From Octopus vulgaris (lineage: Eukaryota), in the NCBI GenBank assembly GCA_951406725.2, contig OX597827.1:70742001-70806000 (forward strand): a stretch of 64,000 nucleotides of DNA, given 5' to 3'. The notes below the pieces were generated by a model that did no database searches, was not told the DNA's origin, and saw only the letters and a list, made by a program, of their open reading frames with translations. A program made the position numbers and the translations under genes. Positions 40,652 through 53,154 of the stretch are shown in pieces (the stretch's first letter is position 1; the number at the start of each line of letters is the position of its first letter).

Positions 40652-41091
40652 CAATAGTGGTGGTGGTGGTGGTGGTAGTATTAGTAGTAGTAGTAGCAGC
40701 AGCAGCAACAGTAGCAATAATGGTGGTAGTGGTAGTAGTAGTAGTAGTAGTAGTAGCAATAGTGGTGGTAGTGGTGGTGATAGTAGTAGTAGTCGTAGTA
40801 GTCGTAGTTGTAGTAGTAGTAGTAGTAGCAATAGTGGTGGTGGTGGTGGTAGTAGTAGTAGTAGTAGCAGCAGCAGCAGCAACAGTAGCAATAATGGTGG
40901 TAGTGGTGGTGATAGTAGTAGTAGTCGTAGTTGTAGTAGTAGTAGTAGTAGTAGCAATAGTGGTGGTGGTAGTAGTAGTTGTAGTAGTAGTAGTAGTAGC
41001 AGCAGCAGCAACAGTAGCAATAATGGTGGTAGTGGTGGTGATAGTAGTAGTAGTCGTAGTTGTAGTAGTAGTAGTAGTAGCAATAGTGGTG

Positions 41092-41125
<34 letters not shown>

Positions 41126-41135
41126 CAGCAGTAAT
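40505..41135. repeat. (AGT/GGT/AGC) higher-order trinucleotide array
   Basis: Repeated blocks GCAACAGTAGCAATAATGGTGGTAGTGGT. Confidence 0.9.
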
Positions 41136-41283
41136 GATAACGTTGTTGTTTAGCCCCGGGTCACGTATGCCTGTGTTGTGTACGCGTATGTGTACGTACA
41201 TATATATTCACACATTTTCACATATGTATATGCATGCAACCATGAAAGAAATCAGATACCACCCCCACCCTCCCCTCTCCTCC

Positions 41284-41361
<78 letters not shown>

Positions 41362-41570
41362 TTTCGCCTTCATAACACAATTCTTTAAAAACTCCCGCTG
41401 GCAAAATGCCTTTTCGTTATTCTTGGCTCACAGAAAATTGAAGATAACTTTTTAAAGTATACACAAACACACACATATATATATATATATATATACACCT
41501 ACACAGGTATATGCAAGCGTATGTGTGAGTGTGTGTCTGATTCTGTGTGTGTGTGTGTGTGTGTACGTAC

Positions 41571-41640
<70 letters not shown>

Positions 41641-41839
41641 ACACGTACACATATACATTAATATGTATACATATACGTGCTTACACAATACACACACACA
41701 CATATATATATATACATGTATATGTACATGTACACACATTAACATGTATACATATATATGCTTACACAAACACAAATATATGTATGTGTGTGTATATATG
41801 TATATATATATATGTATATATATAAATATATACACACAC

Positions 41840-41846
41840 ACATACA

Positions 41847-41882
<36 letters not shown>

Positions 41883-42116
41883 TTTATAGATACATATACA
41901 TACATTCATAAATACATACATACATGCATGCATACATACATACATACATACATACATACATACATACATACATACATACATACATACGTACGTACGTACA
42001 TACATACATACATACATACATGCATACACACATACATACATACCTACATACATACATACATACCTACATACATACATATATACATACATACATACCTACA
42101 TACATACATACATACA

Positions 42117-42150
<34 letters not shown>

Positions 42151-42196
42151 CATACATACATACATACATACATACATACATACATACATACATACA

Positions 42197-42230
<34 letters not shown>

Positions 42231-42272
42231 CATACATACATACATACATACATACATACATACATACATACA

Positions 42273-42306
<34 letters not shown>

Positions 42307-42920
42307 CATACATACATACATACATACATACGTACATACATACATACATACATACATACATACGTACATATATACATATGTGTGCTTATACACAGCCGGA
42401 CATACGAACATACACGTAATGAACGAATACATAAAGGAATGATGGGAAAGGGGAGCGGGAGGAGCGGAGAGGGTAAAGAAGGGGGAAGACAAGGAAGAAG
42501 AGGAGGAGTGGTGGTGGTGGTGGTGGCGACGGAGGTGGTGGTGATGGTAGTGATGGTTATGGCAGTGATAGTAGTGGTACATTGTAGATGTAATGGTAGT
42601 GAAAGTAGTAGTAGTAGTAGTAGTATTGGTGGTGATGGTGGTGGTGGTGGTGGTGGCATGATAGTAGTGGTAGTAGTAGTTGTATTGATGGTGGTGGTGG
42701 CATGATAGTAGTGGTAGTAGTAGTAGTAGTATTGGTGGTGGTGGTGGCATGATAGTAGTGGTAGTAGTAGTTGTATTGATGGTGGTGGTGGTGGTGGCAT
42801 GATAGTAGTGGTAGTAGTAGTAGTAGTAGTATTGGTGGTGGTGGTGGTAGTAGTAGTATAATAGTAGTGTTAGTAGTAGCAGCAGCAGTAGTAGTAGTAT
42901 AGTAGTAGTAGTAGCAGCAG
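41840..42920. repeat. (CATA)n array followed by (GGT/AGT) array
   Basis: Visible simple repeats. Confidence 0.9.
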
Positions 42921-43239
42921 CTGCAGTTATTTTTGTTGTTTAGCCACAGGTCAGCAGTTCAGCTGACCGATCAAGACATGATCAAAGACACACCAGCCAT
43001 GACCATCCAATCGATTCTGTCTCTTTCCTGCGCACAGCAGCCCCTTGACCGCATCCATCGATTGACCTGTGTTCCTTGCGAAGACGGCAGGATGCTATCT
43101 GAGGGAGATTTGGCCGCCATTTCTAACATGCCACCTGAACACATAAGAAACCCTGTCTTAGTTTCATAAAATATGTACTTGGAAGGAGCTTGCGGGTCCC
43201 CAACGCCTCTTGAATGGGGCTCAGTTGGTATGTGATATA

Positions 43240-43400
43240 TGTGTGGTTGTGTGGTAAGCCGCTCGCTTCCAAACCACATGGTCCCGGGTTCAATCGCACT
43301 GCATGGAACCTTGAGTAAGCGTTTTCTACTATTACTTCGGGCCCGCCAAAGCCTTGTGATCGGATATGGTAGACGGAAACTGAAAGAAGCTCGCCGTAAA

Positions 43401-43442
<42 letters not shown>

Positions 43443-43772
43443 GGCGTATGTGTATTTGTGTGTGCGTATGTGTATTTGCGTGTGCGTGCGTGTATGTGTG
43501 CGCGCGAGCGAATGTATGTGTGTATGTGTTTGCGTGTGTGTGTTCATATATATGTATGTGTATCTATATATGTATGTGTGCGTGTGTCTTTATGTATGTA
43601 TTTGTCCACCACCACCATCACCACCACCGCTTGACAACCGCTGTCTAGCGGTTCGGCAAAACAGACCGATAGAATCGGCGCCAGGCGTTACAAATATAAA
43701 TAAGCTCTAGGATCGATTCGTTCGTCTAAAATTCTTCAGGGCGGTGCCCCAGCATGGCCACAGTCTAATGAC
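43240..43772 (+). mobile_element. Diverged SINE family A with expanded internal microsatellite
   Basis: Head, GGTAGACGGAAACTGAAAGAAGC, (TG)-rich insert, CCCCAGCATGGCCACAGTC. Confidence 0.8.
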
Positions 43773-44520
43773 GATCAAAGGTAAGTTACTCGGAGATTGT
43801 AAAGGTTGTGCCTTTTGGGTGAATGGCATTTGTGACATTACTTACGGCACTTATGATAATAATAATGATGATGATGATGATGATGGTAATTATCAGTATT
43901 TAACTCCAAGCCATTCCTGATTGAGCAGACAAAAGCATTCCACTCATGACCATCTCGTCTTTGTCCAGTACGCATAGAAACCAGAAGTATATTATCCAAT
44001 GGTATGGTGTGATTTGAAGGAGATTTGGCTGCTATTTCTAGCAAGTTGAGCTATGCGACCACAGAAAGGCTTCTTCGTTGGCTCATTGCCTTGATGGTGA
44101 AGGTGGTGGTGGTGGTGGTGGTGGTGGTGGTGGTGTGGTGGTGGTGGTGGTGGTGGTGGTGGGTGGGTGGTGGGTGGTGGTGGTGGTGGTGGTGGTGGTG
44201 GTGGTGGTGGATGGTGAAGGTGGTGGTGGTGGATGGTGAAGGTGGTGGTGGTGGTAGTGGTGGTGGCGGCGGCGGTGGTGGTGGTGGTTGTTTTTTTTTT
44301 TTTTTGGTCTTCGTCGTGTTTGTGGTAGCATTAACATTAGCACCATCAACTACTGCTGCTGCGACTACTACCACTACTACTACTGCTGCTGCTGCTGCCA
44401 TTTCTACTACAACAACAACGACAGTAACAATAATAACAACAAGGAAAATAGCATCAAATGAGAGTAAAAGGAAATTTTAAAAAAATAATACATACAACAC
44501 GCAGGCGCGCATTCATACGC

Positions 44521-44588
<68 letters not shown>

Positions 44589-44754
44589 CACGCGCGCTCA
44601 CGCACAAGATGAGGAAGCAACGTAAGGTAACGGGTGGAGGTTGGAGAGTGGAGGGGGAAGTCAGCTAAAATAAGAAGGAAATTTGAGGTGAAAATAGTAA
44701 TTACCTGGAGAGAATGACATGAAGCAGGAAGTATGTACACGTCCACACATAAAG

Positions 44755-44823
<69 letters not shown>

Positions 44824-44842
44824 TATACATATATACATACAT

Positions 44843-44888
<46 letters not shown>

Positions 44889-44922
44889 GTGTATGTATGT
44901 ATATATATATATATATATACAT

Positions 44923-45100
44923 AGGGAGAGTTTACAAAAAGAACAAAAGACGGTGGCAGGTGGTGTACAAAACAAACAGATGTATTAGTATAACGCTCAG
45001 GAATAGAAAAAGTCTTTCATGTTTCGAGCCTACGCTCTTCTACAGAAAGGGACACAGAAAAAACAAGGAGAGAAAAAAAAAAGAAAAAAAGGAGAGAGAA
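44923..45100 (-). mobile_element. PLE pLTR-like fragment with hammerhead-like motif at 45014-45049
   Basis: Minus strand CTTT-CTGTAGA-A.GAGC-GTAG-GCTC-GAAA-CA-TG-AAAG; the sister copy at ~880 reads AAA-CG-TA-AAAG; flanked by (TA)-rich tracts. Confidence 0.6.
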
Positions 45101-45133
45101 AAATTTATATACATATATATATGTATATTTATG

Positions 45134-45189
<56 letters not shown>

Positions 45190-45190
<1 letters not shown>

Positions 45191-45540
45191 CTCTTATTAT
45201 AAAAGGCAGATTTTATCTGCCTCCCTTTGGGAGTTATACAAATCTACAATATAGGATTTCTTCAATTACAATTTACCTTGCATTTTTAAGAGTACAATGC
45301 ATCGCGTCATGCCAGCTCCAGTTTTTAAAATTTAAACTCCAGTTAAGCAAAATTTACAGAAAACTCACATTCTGGTGTGTGTGTCAAATGCTTTTCTTAG
45401 TCTGGTTTACACCACACGCAAACGCACACACACAGTGGGCAACGAATAAAATGAAACTAATTCACTTACTGTAGTGAGTGATTCTTTCACTCTGCCTCCC
45501 ACTTCTTCTTTCCACACAGACACGCAAATATATAAATAAA
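45190..45540 (+). mobile_element. Helitron-like 5' terminal segment
   Basis: A|TCTCTTATTATAAAAGGCAGAT..CTACAATATAG.ATTTCTTCAATT..AATTTACC, homologous to the minus strand of 8570-8745. Confidence 0.65.
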
Positions 45541-45716
45541 ATTGTAAGCTAACGTGCGTGTGTGTGTGTGGGTGTGCGCGTGTGTGAGTGGGTGTGTGTG
45601 GGTGTGCGCGTGTGTGTGTGTGTGAGGGTGCGTGTGTGTGTGTGTGCGTGTGCGTGAGTGTGTGACAGGAAAGTTTTTTTACGACGAATATAACACCTAT
45701 ATCCAAGTAGCAGAAA

Positions 45717-46198
45717 GATAAGACAGTAAGGTGTGATTTGAGGGAGATTTGGCTGCTATTTCTACCATGTCTAGCTGCCATGTAGGGGTCTCCCTCATAG
45801 GCTCATACATACATATATACATAGATAAGACAGTAAGGTGTGATTTGGGGGAAATTTGGCTGCTATTTCTACCAGGTCTAGCTGCCATGTAGGGGTCTCC
45901 CTCATAGGCTCATACATACATATATACATAGATAAGACAGTAAGGTGTGATTTGGGGGAAATTTTGCTGCTATTTCTACCAGGTCTAGCTGCCATGTAGG
46001 GGTCTCCCTCATAGGCTCATACATACATATATACATAGATAAGACAGTAAGGTGTGATTTGGGGGAAATTTGGCTGCTATTTCTACCAGGTCTAGCTACC
46101 ATGTAGAGGTCCCCCTCATTGGCTCATATATATATATACGTACATAAGACAGTAAGGTGTGATTTGAGGGAGATTTGGCTGCTGTTTCTACCAGGTCT
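45717..46198. repeat. 107-bp tandem repeat, ~4.5 copies
   Basis: ATAAGACAGTAAGGTGTGATTTG..GCTGCTATTTCTACCAGGTCTAGCTGCCATGTAGGGGTCTCCCTCATAGGCTCATAC..; ORF track also shows a 107-nt period. Confidence 0.95.
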
Positions 46199-46563
46199 GT
46201 TAGGCCTTCTCATGTAAACTCAAGCTTTCTCATGCCTTCAACATATGACCAAAGCAGAGAATGTATTCTTTTATTCTTCTGCTTTTTCCAGCCATTGGTC
46301 TGTGGCCATGCTGGGGCAATGCCTTGAAGAATTGTAGTTTAATGAATCAACTCCAGTTTTATTTTTGTAAGCATTGTACTTATTCTATCTGTTTCCTTTG
46401 TCAAACCACTAGGTGACAGGGATGTAAACAAACCAACATTCGTTGTCAAGCAGTGGTGGAGGACAATCACAAGCACAGACACGCACACACACACACATAC
46501 ATGCATACACATATACACACATACATACATACATACATATATATATATGTGTGTATATATATA

Positions 46564-46886
46564 TTGCAGCGTGGAAGGTGTTTGTAAGCCATTTAAGAAA
46601 CACACAAAAACCGTTACATTCACTTCAACATTTAAATTTAATTTGCCAAAATATTTTCGTCGCTTTCAGACCGCGACCTGTTCACTGACAAAAATATTGT
46701 GCTAACAGGTCGCGGTCTCAAAGCGACGAAAATATTTTGACAAATTAAATTTAAATGTTGAAGTGAATCTAACGGTTTTTGTGTGTTTCTTAAATGGCTT
46801 ATAAACACCTTCAACGCTGCAACTGTTTTCGTTCCAGCACACGATCTCAGATCAAGTCACTTGCTATGCAAGTACATCTCTGTAAC
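46564..46886 (+). mobile_element. PLE-type inverted insertion in (TA)n: 119-bp arms plus ~64-bp tail
   Basis: 46564-46682 and 46704-46822 are near-perfect reverse complements. Confidence 0.8.
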
Positions 46887-46894
46887 TATATATA

Positions 46895-46934
<40 letters not shown>

Positions 46935-47006
46935 TATGTATATTGGTAAAAACAGTAAGATAACAAAAGAAAGAAAGAGACCTCAATATTATGTAAATAC
47001 AGGAAA

Positions 47007-47400
47007 TCTTTATATATAAAAGTGAGGTTGTGTGTCTGTTTCCTACGATTTAGATTCCTAACTACTCCCACATTTTGCGGTGCAGTTTTACCAAAACCGG
47101 GTATCTTATAGTCGTGATTCATATCGAGACCGTCTGGGTATTAGCGCGCGTCTACGATGAGTCTACGATTTAAAAAAAAATTTACCATCAATTTTTCCCA
47201 TTTTTAATCCATTTTTGACATATATAAGGGAAGTAACTCTCTAAAATTTATTATTAAATCTCAGAACGTAAAAAGCTACAGTAACACCCCTCCCCCTTTG
47301 TGGTTAGCCATATTGAGATGGCTATTATACTTTACATCTCTAAAAATGCTTATATAATTATTTCCCTTACAAACCCGAGCAACGCCGGGCGATACTGCTA

Positions 47401-47401
<1 letters not shown>
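47007..47401 (+). mobile_element. Complete non-autonomous Helitron (~395 bp)
   Basis: A|TCTTTATATATAAAAG start, CCCGAGCAACGCCGGG hairpin (47374-47389), CTAG|T end, no TSD. Confidence 0.88.
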
Positions 47402-47444
<43 letters not shown>

Positions 47445-47556
47445 CATACATATATACATATTTATATATATACATATACATATATATATATACATACATA
47501 TATATACATATATATATGTATATTTATGTATACATATATATATATATGTATGCATG

Positions 47557-47602
<46 letters not shown>

Positions 47603-47607
<5 letters not shown>

Positions 47608-47840
47608 AAACAAGTCAAGATAGAAAATGCTAAAATAATTTTATAAAGAACATTTCAGTACCGGTTTCAGTCATTTGAGACCTTTTCAACTGTAACGATT
47701 AAATAATTAAATTTAGAAAAATTAAAAGAAAAGTTTTTTTAAAAGAATATTTGTACAGTGTTCTTTATAAAATTATTTTATCATTTTCTATCTTGACTTG
47801 TTTTTTCATATATATCAACTCGTGTGTTCCTTTTCATCCA
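47603..47840. mobile_element. PLE-type inverted insertion in (TA)n: 50-bp arms, hammerhead-like motif in spacer (47656-47692, minus)
   Basis: Arms 47603-47652 / 47759-47808; minus strand CAG-TTGAAAA-GGTC..GACT-GAAA-CCGG-TA-CTG. Confidence 0.7.
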
Positions 47841-47913
47841 TATATATATATATATATATATATATAAATCAATAAATGGTGGGGTTGTGTTGACCGCACG
47901 TGGAGAAGTGACA

Positions 47914-48100
47914 GGCAAGGAAAAATTATAAAAAGGCAGAATGCTAAATTGAAGGTAAAAATTAATAAAAATGGGTGTATGGAAAATTTTAAGAATTTAA
48001 AAAAAAATTTTTTTTTATTTTCCATACACCCATTTTTATTAAAATTTACCTTCTGCCTTTTTATAATTTACTTTCTGCCTTTTTATAATTTTTCCTTGCT
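47914..48100. repeat. Imperfect inverted repeat between (TA)n tracts
   Basis: GCAAGGAAAAATTATAAAAAGGCAGAA / TTCTGCCTTTTTATAATTTTTCCTTGC and TAATAAAAATGGGTGTATGGAAAAT / ATTTTCCATACACCCATTTTTATTA. Confidence 0.8.
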
Positions 48101-48189
<89 letters not shown>

Positions 48190-48203
48190 AATTCAGACGC
48201 TCG

Positions 48204-48359
48204 GTGAAAAGAGAGAGTTCGATGTTTCGAGCATAGCTGTTTGTCGGAAAGAAGAAAAAGTCCAAAGAAAGAAAATAAATACCTAACAATACGTGTGTAG
48301 TTACATTGCTGAAGTCACACACACACACATACACAAACACACACACACACACACACACA

Positions 48360-48417
<58 letters not shown>

Positions 48418-48489
48418 TAATAAACTCGTAATCAAAGACGTTGTAGCAGTGGCCATCCGTTCTTTTTGTGTGCCAAGGACATCATCCAA

Positions 48490-48534
<45 letters not shown>

Positions 48535-48728
48535 TGCTACAACTTCTTTGATTACGAGTTTATTATGTGTGTGTGAGAGAGAGAGAGAGAGTGTGTGTGT
48601 GTGTGTGTGTGTGACTTCAGCAATGTAACTACATACGTATTGTTAGGTATTTATTTTCTTTCTTTGGACTTTTCCTTTTTCTCCTTTCCGACAAAGAGCT
48701 ATGCTCGAAACGTCGAACTCTCTCTTTT

Positions 48729-48731
<3 letters not shown>
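48204..48731. mobile_element. Inverted pair of PLE-like segments with hammerhead-like motifs at the outer ends
   Basis: Arms 48204-48451 / 48532-48731; plus strand TTT-CCGACAA-A.GAGC-TAT-GCTC-GAAA-CG-TC-GAA at 48685-48717, mirror at 48218-48250. Confidence 0.7.
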
Positions 48732-48816
<85 letters not shown>

Positions 48817-48928
48817 CCTGCTCGCTTAGCCAGCGGGGTGGCGTCATTTGAAGGCTAAAACAATGCGAAGCGCATTACGCATTGTGACCAGCGATGTGTA
48901 ACAACATCTGATAGCCTGGTCGGTCACG

Positions 48929-48990
<62 letters not shown>

Positions 48991-49178
48991 ATTGTCTACC
49001 ATTTCTAAAATCTGGAGTGACCACATAGGGGTTCATCTTGATTCACCAGTCTTCGTTCCCTGGTTTTTAGCACGTTAGTATAGATACCGTGTATTTCGAG
49101 TTCGTATATCTCTCTTCCTCTCCTTCCTTCACTTTCAGTCTGTCTCATTTTCACCTACACACACACACACACACACGC

Positions 49179-49216
<38 letters not shown>

Positions 49217-49606
49217 TCACTCACTCACATATGCAAACGCACGCATGAGAAATCTATACGTTCCATCCCAGATCCGGTTAATTGACATCGAGCATTTCTC
49301 ACGAGTGTAATTGTGTGTGACGAACACCAAACACACGCAGGATGGAAATATACACAGGTATTCTGTTTTAATTTTTTTACGGATCTCTTTTGCAGAACAA
49401 GAACCCGACACCGAGAAACCGAAAACCAACAAACTGCTCCACCTAACATCAAGGTATATCCACCCCAACTCACACCACAAAAGCCGTCCTCCCCGGTCTT
49501 TACATTTAATACTATGCTTGCTTTTAAAGACACGCAAGAATAAAAAGGTTATACTGACCTAGATGAGATGAGATTTGAACAGCTGGTATGCCTGTATGGT
49601 TAAAAA

Positions 49607-49824
49607 GGCGGCGAGCTGGCAGAAACGTTAGCACGCCGGGCGAAATGCGTAGCCGTTACGTTCTGAGTTCAAATTCCGCCGAGGTCGACTTTGCCTTTCA
49701 TCCTTTCGGGGTCGATAAATAAAGTACCAGTTACGCACTGGGGTCGATGTAATCGACTTAATCCATTTGTCTGTCCTTGTTTGTCCTCTCTGTGTTTAGC
49801 ACCTTGTGGGTAATAAAGAAACAG
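49607..49824 (+). mobile_element. SINE family B
   Basis: Matches the other B copies. Confidence 0.9.
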
Positions 49825-50027
49825 ATATGACTGTATGGTTAAGAAATTTGTCACTTAACCATGTAGTCCCGCGTTCAATCCCGCTACGTGAAAATATAAG
49901 TAAGTGTCTTCTATCATAACCTTGGGGTGAATAGTACCTTACATATGTGGAATACGGTAGATGGCACTGTGCATAAACTTGCCGCTTCTTTTGCCGAAGT
50001 ATCTTGTTATTTTTTTTAATATAATTT

Positions 50028-50376
50028 TTACTTGTTTTTAGTCATTTGACTGCGGCCATGCTAGGGCACTGCATTGAATGGTTACTTTAGTCGAACAAAT
50101 CGACTTCAGGACCTACTTTTTTAAAGCCTAGTACTTATTTTATCAGTGTCTTTTGCCGAACTGCTGAGTTACGGGAGCGTAATCATACCAACGCCAGTTG
50201 TCAGGTGGTGGTAGTGGACAAACAGAGACACGAAGCCCCACTCCCATATTCTACCAAATTCACTCACAAGGCTTATAGTAGAAGACACTTGCCCAAGGTG
50301 CCACGCAATGAAACTGAACCCGGAACCATGTGGTTGGGAGGCAAGCTTCTTCTTACCACACAGCCACTCCTACACC
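50028..50376 (-). mobile_element. SINE family A (diverged)
   Basis: Reverse complement of A tail and head. Confidence 0.8.
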
Positions 50377-51021
50377 TATATATGTAATTTACATAGTGCC
50401 TTTATAAACATGACTAATCTAGTTGTTTCTTTATAGATTGAAAAAGAAACACGAACAACCTTTATCGATTTTCGAATCTTATTGGATTTTCATCTGAGAC
50501 ATCTACATCAATTTGACCAACCCCAGGGAAACAAGCAACCCATTTGTTTATGAACTCAACAACTACAGGAGCTACAGAAAACAAGGGTTATTAATTTGCA
50601 TTCTGTAAATGTTGCCCCTTTATTTTAGATATCCTGGGGCTTGCCAACGAGATCTTAGTACACACACTATCAAGGTACGATATATGTAACCTATATAACC
50701 TTAACAAACAGGGCTAGTTTAGTTGGTTTTCCGTAGATTGGGAGAAATGATCGTTTTTCGAACCTTATTGTATTAGGAGTGGCTTTGTGGTGAGTAGCTT
50801 GGGTTCAGTCCCACTGCGTGGCACCTTGGGCTGCAGTGCTCCAGCATGGCCGCAGTCAGCTGACTGAAACAAATAAATGAATAAAAGAACAAAGAATTAT
50901 AGCATCTTTCCATAAGAATTTACCCTACAACATAATATTCTTTTAAAAATAGCGCCACCTACAGTCGAAGAAAACAAACTTATCGGAGACTATAACAGCT
51001 AAGATGAACTGAAATGTGCCA

Positions 51022-51063
51022 CAGTCTGGTGAAGACATGCAGGCCGAAACTTCGGAGTCACTG
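51022..51063 (+). ncRNA. Minimal hammerhead-like motif
   Basis: CAGT-CTGGTGA-AGACATGCAGGCC-GAAA-CTTCGGAG-TC-ACTG; resembles 38654-38698. Confidence 0.7.
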
Positions 51064-51499
51064 ACACTAATCTTCTTCTAAAAATATATAATAAATATGT
51101 TCTCAACAAAAAGGAATGAATAATTCTTCAGTTTGCTTGGAATTGTTTTTATTATAAATCGACATAAAATCAAACGTGTGTATGTATGTGTGCGTGCGTG
51201 TGTATATGTGCGTGTGTGTCAATTGAAGAAAGAAGAAGCTACATCAATGTTACAAACGTTTCTATCACATTTTTTTAATTCTGTTTTCCTCAGGTAAATT
51301 AATTGTATTTCACTTTGTAACGCTCATAGCATGTCTATAGGACCATCCCATGGATTCGCGAAATGCTCCCTTCTACCGTTTACTGAAATATAACTGGGCT
51401 TCCTTTGCTTATTGGAATACTACGCTGGCCAGGTTCCTACATGAAATACGGATGAGGTGGTCAACCGGATTGTATTTATCCCTCTAATTAAAAACAGAC

Positions 51500-51836
51500 A
51501 TTCCGTCGCTTACGACGACGAGGGTTCCAGTCGATTAGATCGACCGAACATCCTGCTCGTGGAATTAACGTACAAGTGGCTGAGCACTCCATAGACACGC
51601 ATACCTATTTCTTTATTACCCATAAGGGGCTAAACATAGAGGGGACAAACAAGGACAGACATAGGTATTAAGTCGATTACATCGACCCCAGTGCGTAACT
51701 GGTACTTAATTTATCGACCCCGAAAGGATGAAAGGCAAAGCCGACCTCGGCAGAATTTGAACTCAGAACGTAACGGCAGACGAAATACGGCTACACATTT
51801 CGCCCGGCGTGCTAACGTTTCTGCCAGCTCGCCGCC
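51500..51836 (-). mobile_element. Family C tail fragment interrupted by a family B SINE (51602-51836)
   Basis: TCCGTCGCTTACGACGACGAGGGTTCC.., then B reverse complement, then C resumes GGCCCTTTGAAATACAGGTAC. Confidence 0.8.
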
Positions 51837-52186
51837 ACCCTTGGCTGGCCCTTTGAAATACAGGTACTACTTACTAATTTTTGCCAGCTGATTATAAATT
51901 ATAAATATATCGCTGTTTATAAACTATAAATATATCTGTAACTATCGGTTTTATTAAAGGTGAGATTTATGATAAAAATCAATTTTCTCTTTACGTAATT
52001 CTTGTTCTTAATAGTTTGAATTTCTGGAAACTCTGCGAAAGATATTAGGACTTATCTGTCAAGCACGAGGATTTGCCTGGGTTATGTAATCTACTTACAT
52101 TCGCTGGTATCTGATTGCAGGAAATGTGATCTGATTCCATAATACTGAGCGCTTAATTGATATCTGACAGGATTTTTAAATCCCAG

Positions 52187-52217
<31 letters not shown>

Positions 52218-52273
52218 TGTATGTATGTATGTATGTATGTATGGATGGATGGATGGATGGATGGATGGATGTG

Positions 52274-52846
52274 TGGAGGCGCAATGGCCCAGTGGTTAGG
52301 GCAGCAGACTCGCGGTCGGAGGATCGCGGTTTCGATTCCCAGACCGGGCGTTGTGTGTGTTTATTGAGTGAAAACACCTAAAAGCTCAACGAGGCTCCGG
52401 CAGGGGATGGTGGCGACCCCTGTTGTACCATTTCTCCCCAACTCTCTTTTCCTATTGAGTAACGCTGCTGGGGGGAACACATACGCCACAGAAACCGGGA
52501 AACTGGGCCCATAAGCCTGGCTAGGCTTTAAAAGGGTGCAATGGAGGTGCAATGGCCCAGTGGTTAGGGCAGCGGACTCGCGGTCGGAGGATCGCGGTTT
52601 CGATTCCCAGACCGGGCGTTGTGTATGTTTATTGAGCGAAAACACCTAAAAGCTTAACGAGGCTCCGGCAGGGGGTGGTGGCGACCCCTGTTGTACTCTT
52701 TCGCTCTGACTTGCTCTCAGTCTCTCTTCCTGTTTCTTGAGTAACGCTGCGATGGACTGGCGTCCTGTCCAGCTGGGAGGAACACATACGCCACAGAAAC
52801 CGGGAAACCGGGCCCATGGGCCTGACTAGGCTTGAAAAGGGCGCAT
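52274..52846 (+). mobile_element. Head-to-tail tandem pair of family C SINEs (tail type 2)
   Basis: Two copies starting TGGAGG.GCAATGGCCCAGTGGTTAGGGCAGC at 52274 and 52542. Confidence 0.9.
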
Positions 52847-53154
52847 AAATAAAAAAAATCTATGTATGCATGCATGCATGTATGCATGTGTATAGGCAAA
52901 GTGTATATACATCGGCAAAGGAAAATGAAAAAAAAAAATCCTGTGCAGTATTTTGTTCTGCATCGAGTTACAAGTCCTCCCTTAAATGTCACACCGTCTC
53001 AGAAATGTAGTTTGCGTGGTATTTATTCTGATTGTTTCTGTTTCGATCCCTCGTGTGGTAGTCTTAATCCAATGCCAGGTTTGTGAAGACCACACAGGGA
53101 CGGGGCTTCGGGTGTCACAAACGGAGTTCAGTTGGTGCAAGGATTAGGATCAAG

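Noticed and set aside
40104-41388. Long Thr-, Ser- or Val-rich mucin-like ORFs
   Set aside because: Stop-free trinucleotide array continuous with dinucleotide repeats.
45717-46198. CRISPR-like array
   Set aside because: Whole 107-bp unit repeats with no unique spacers; eukaryotic context and no cas genes.
52274-52350. tRNA gene
   Set aside because: tRNA-like head of a SINE continuing into the SINE body; no proper acceptor stem or terminator.
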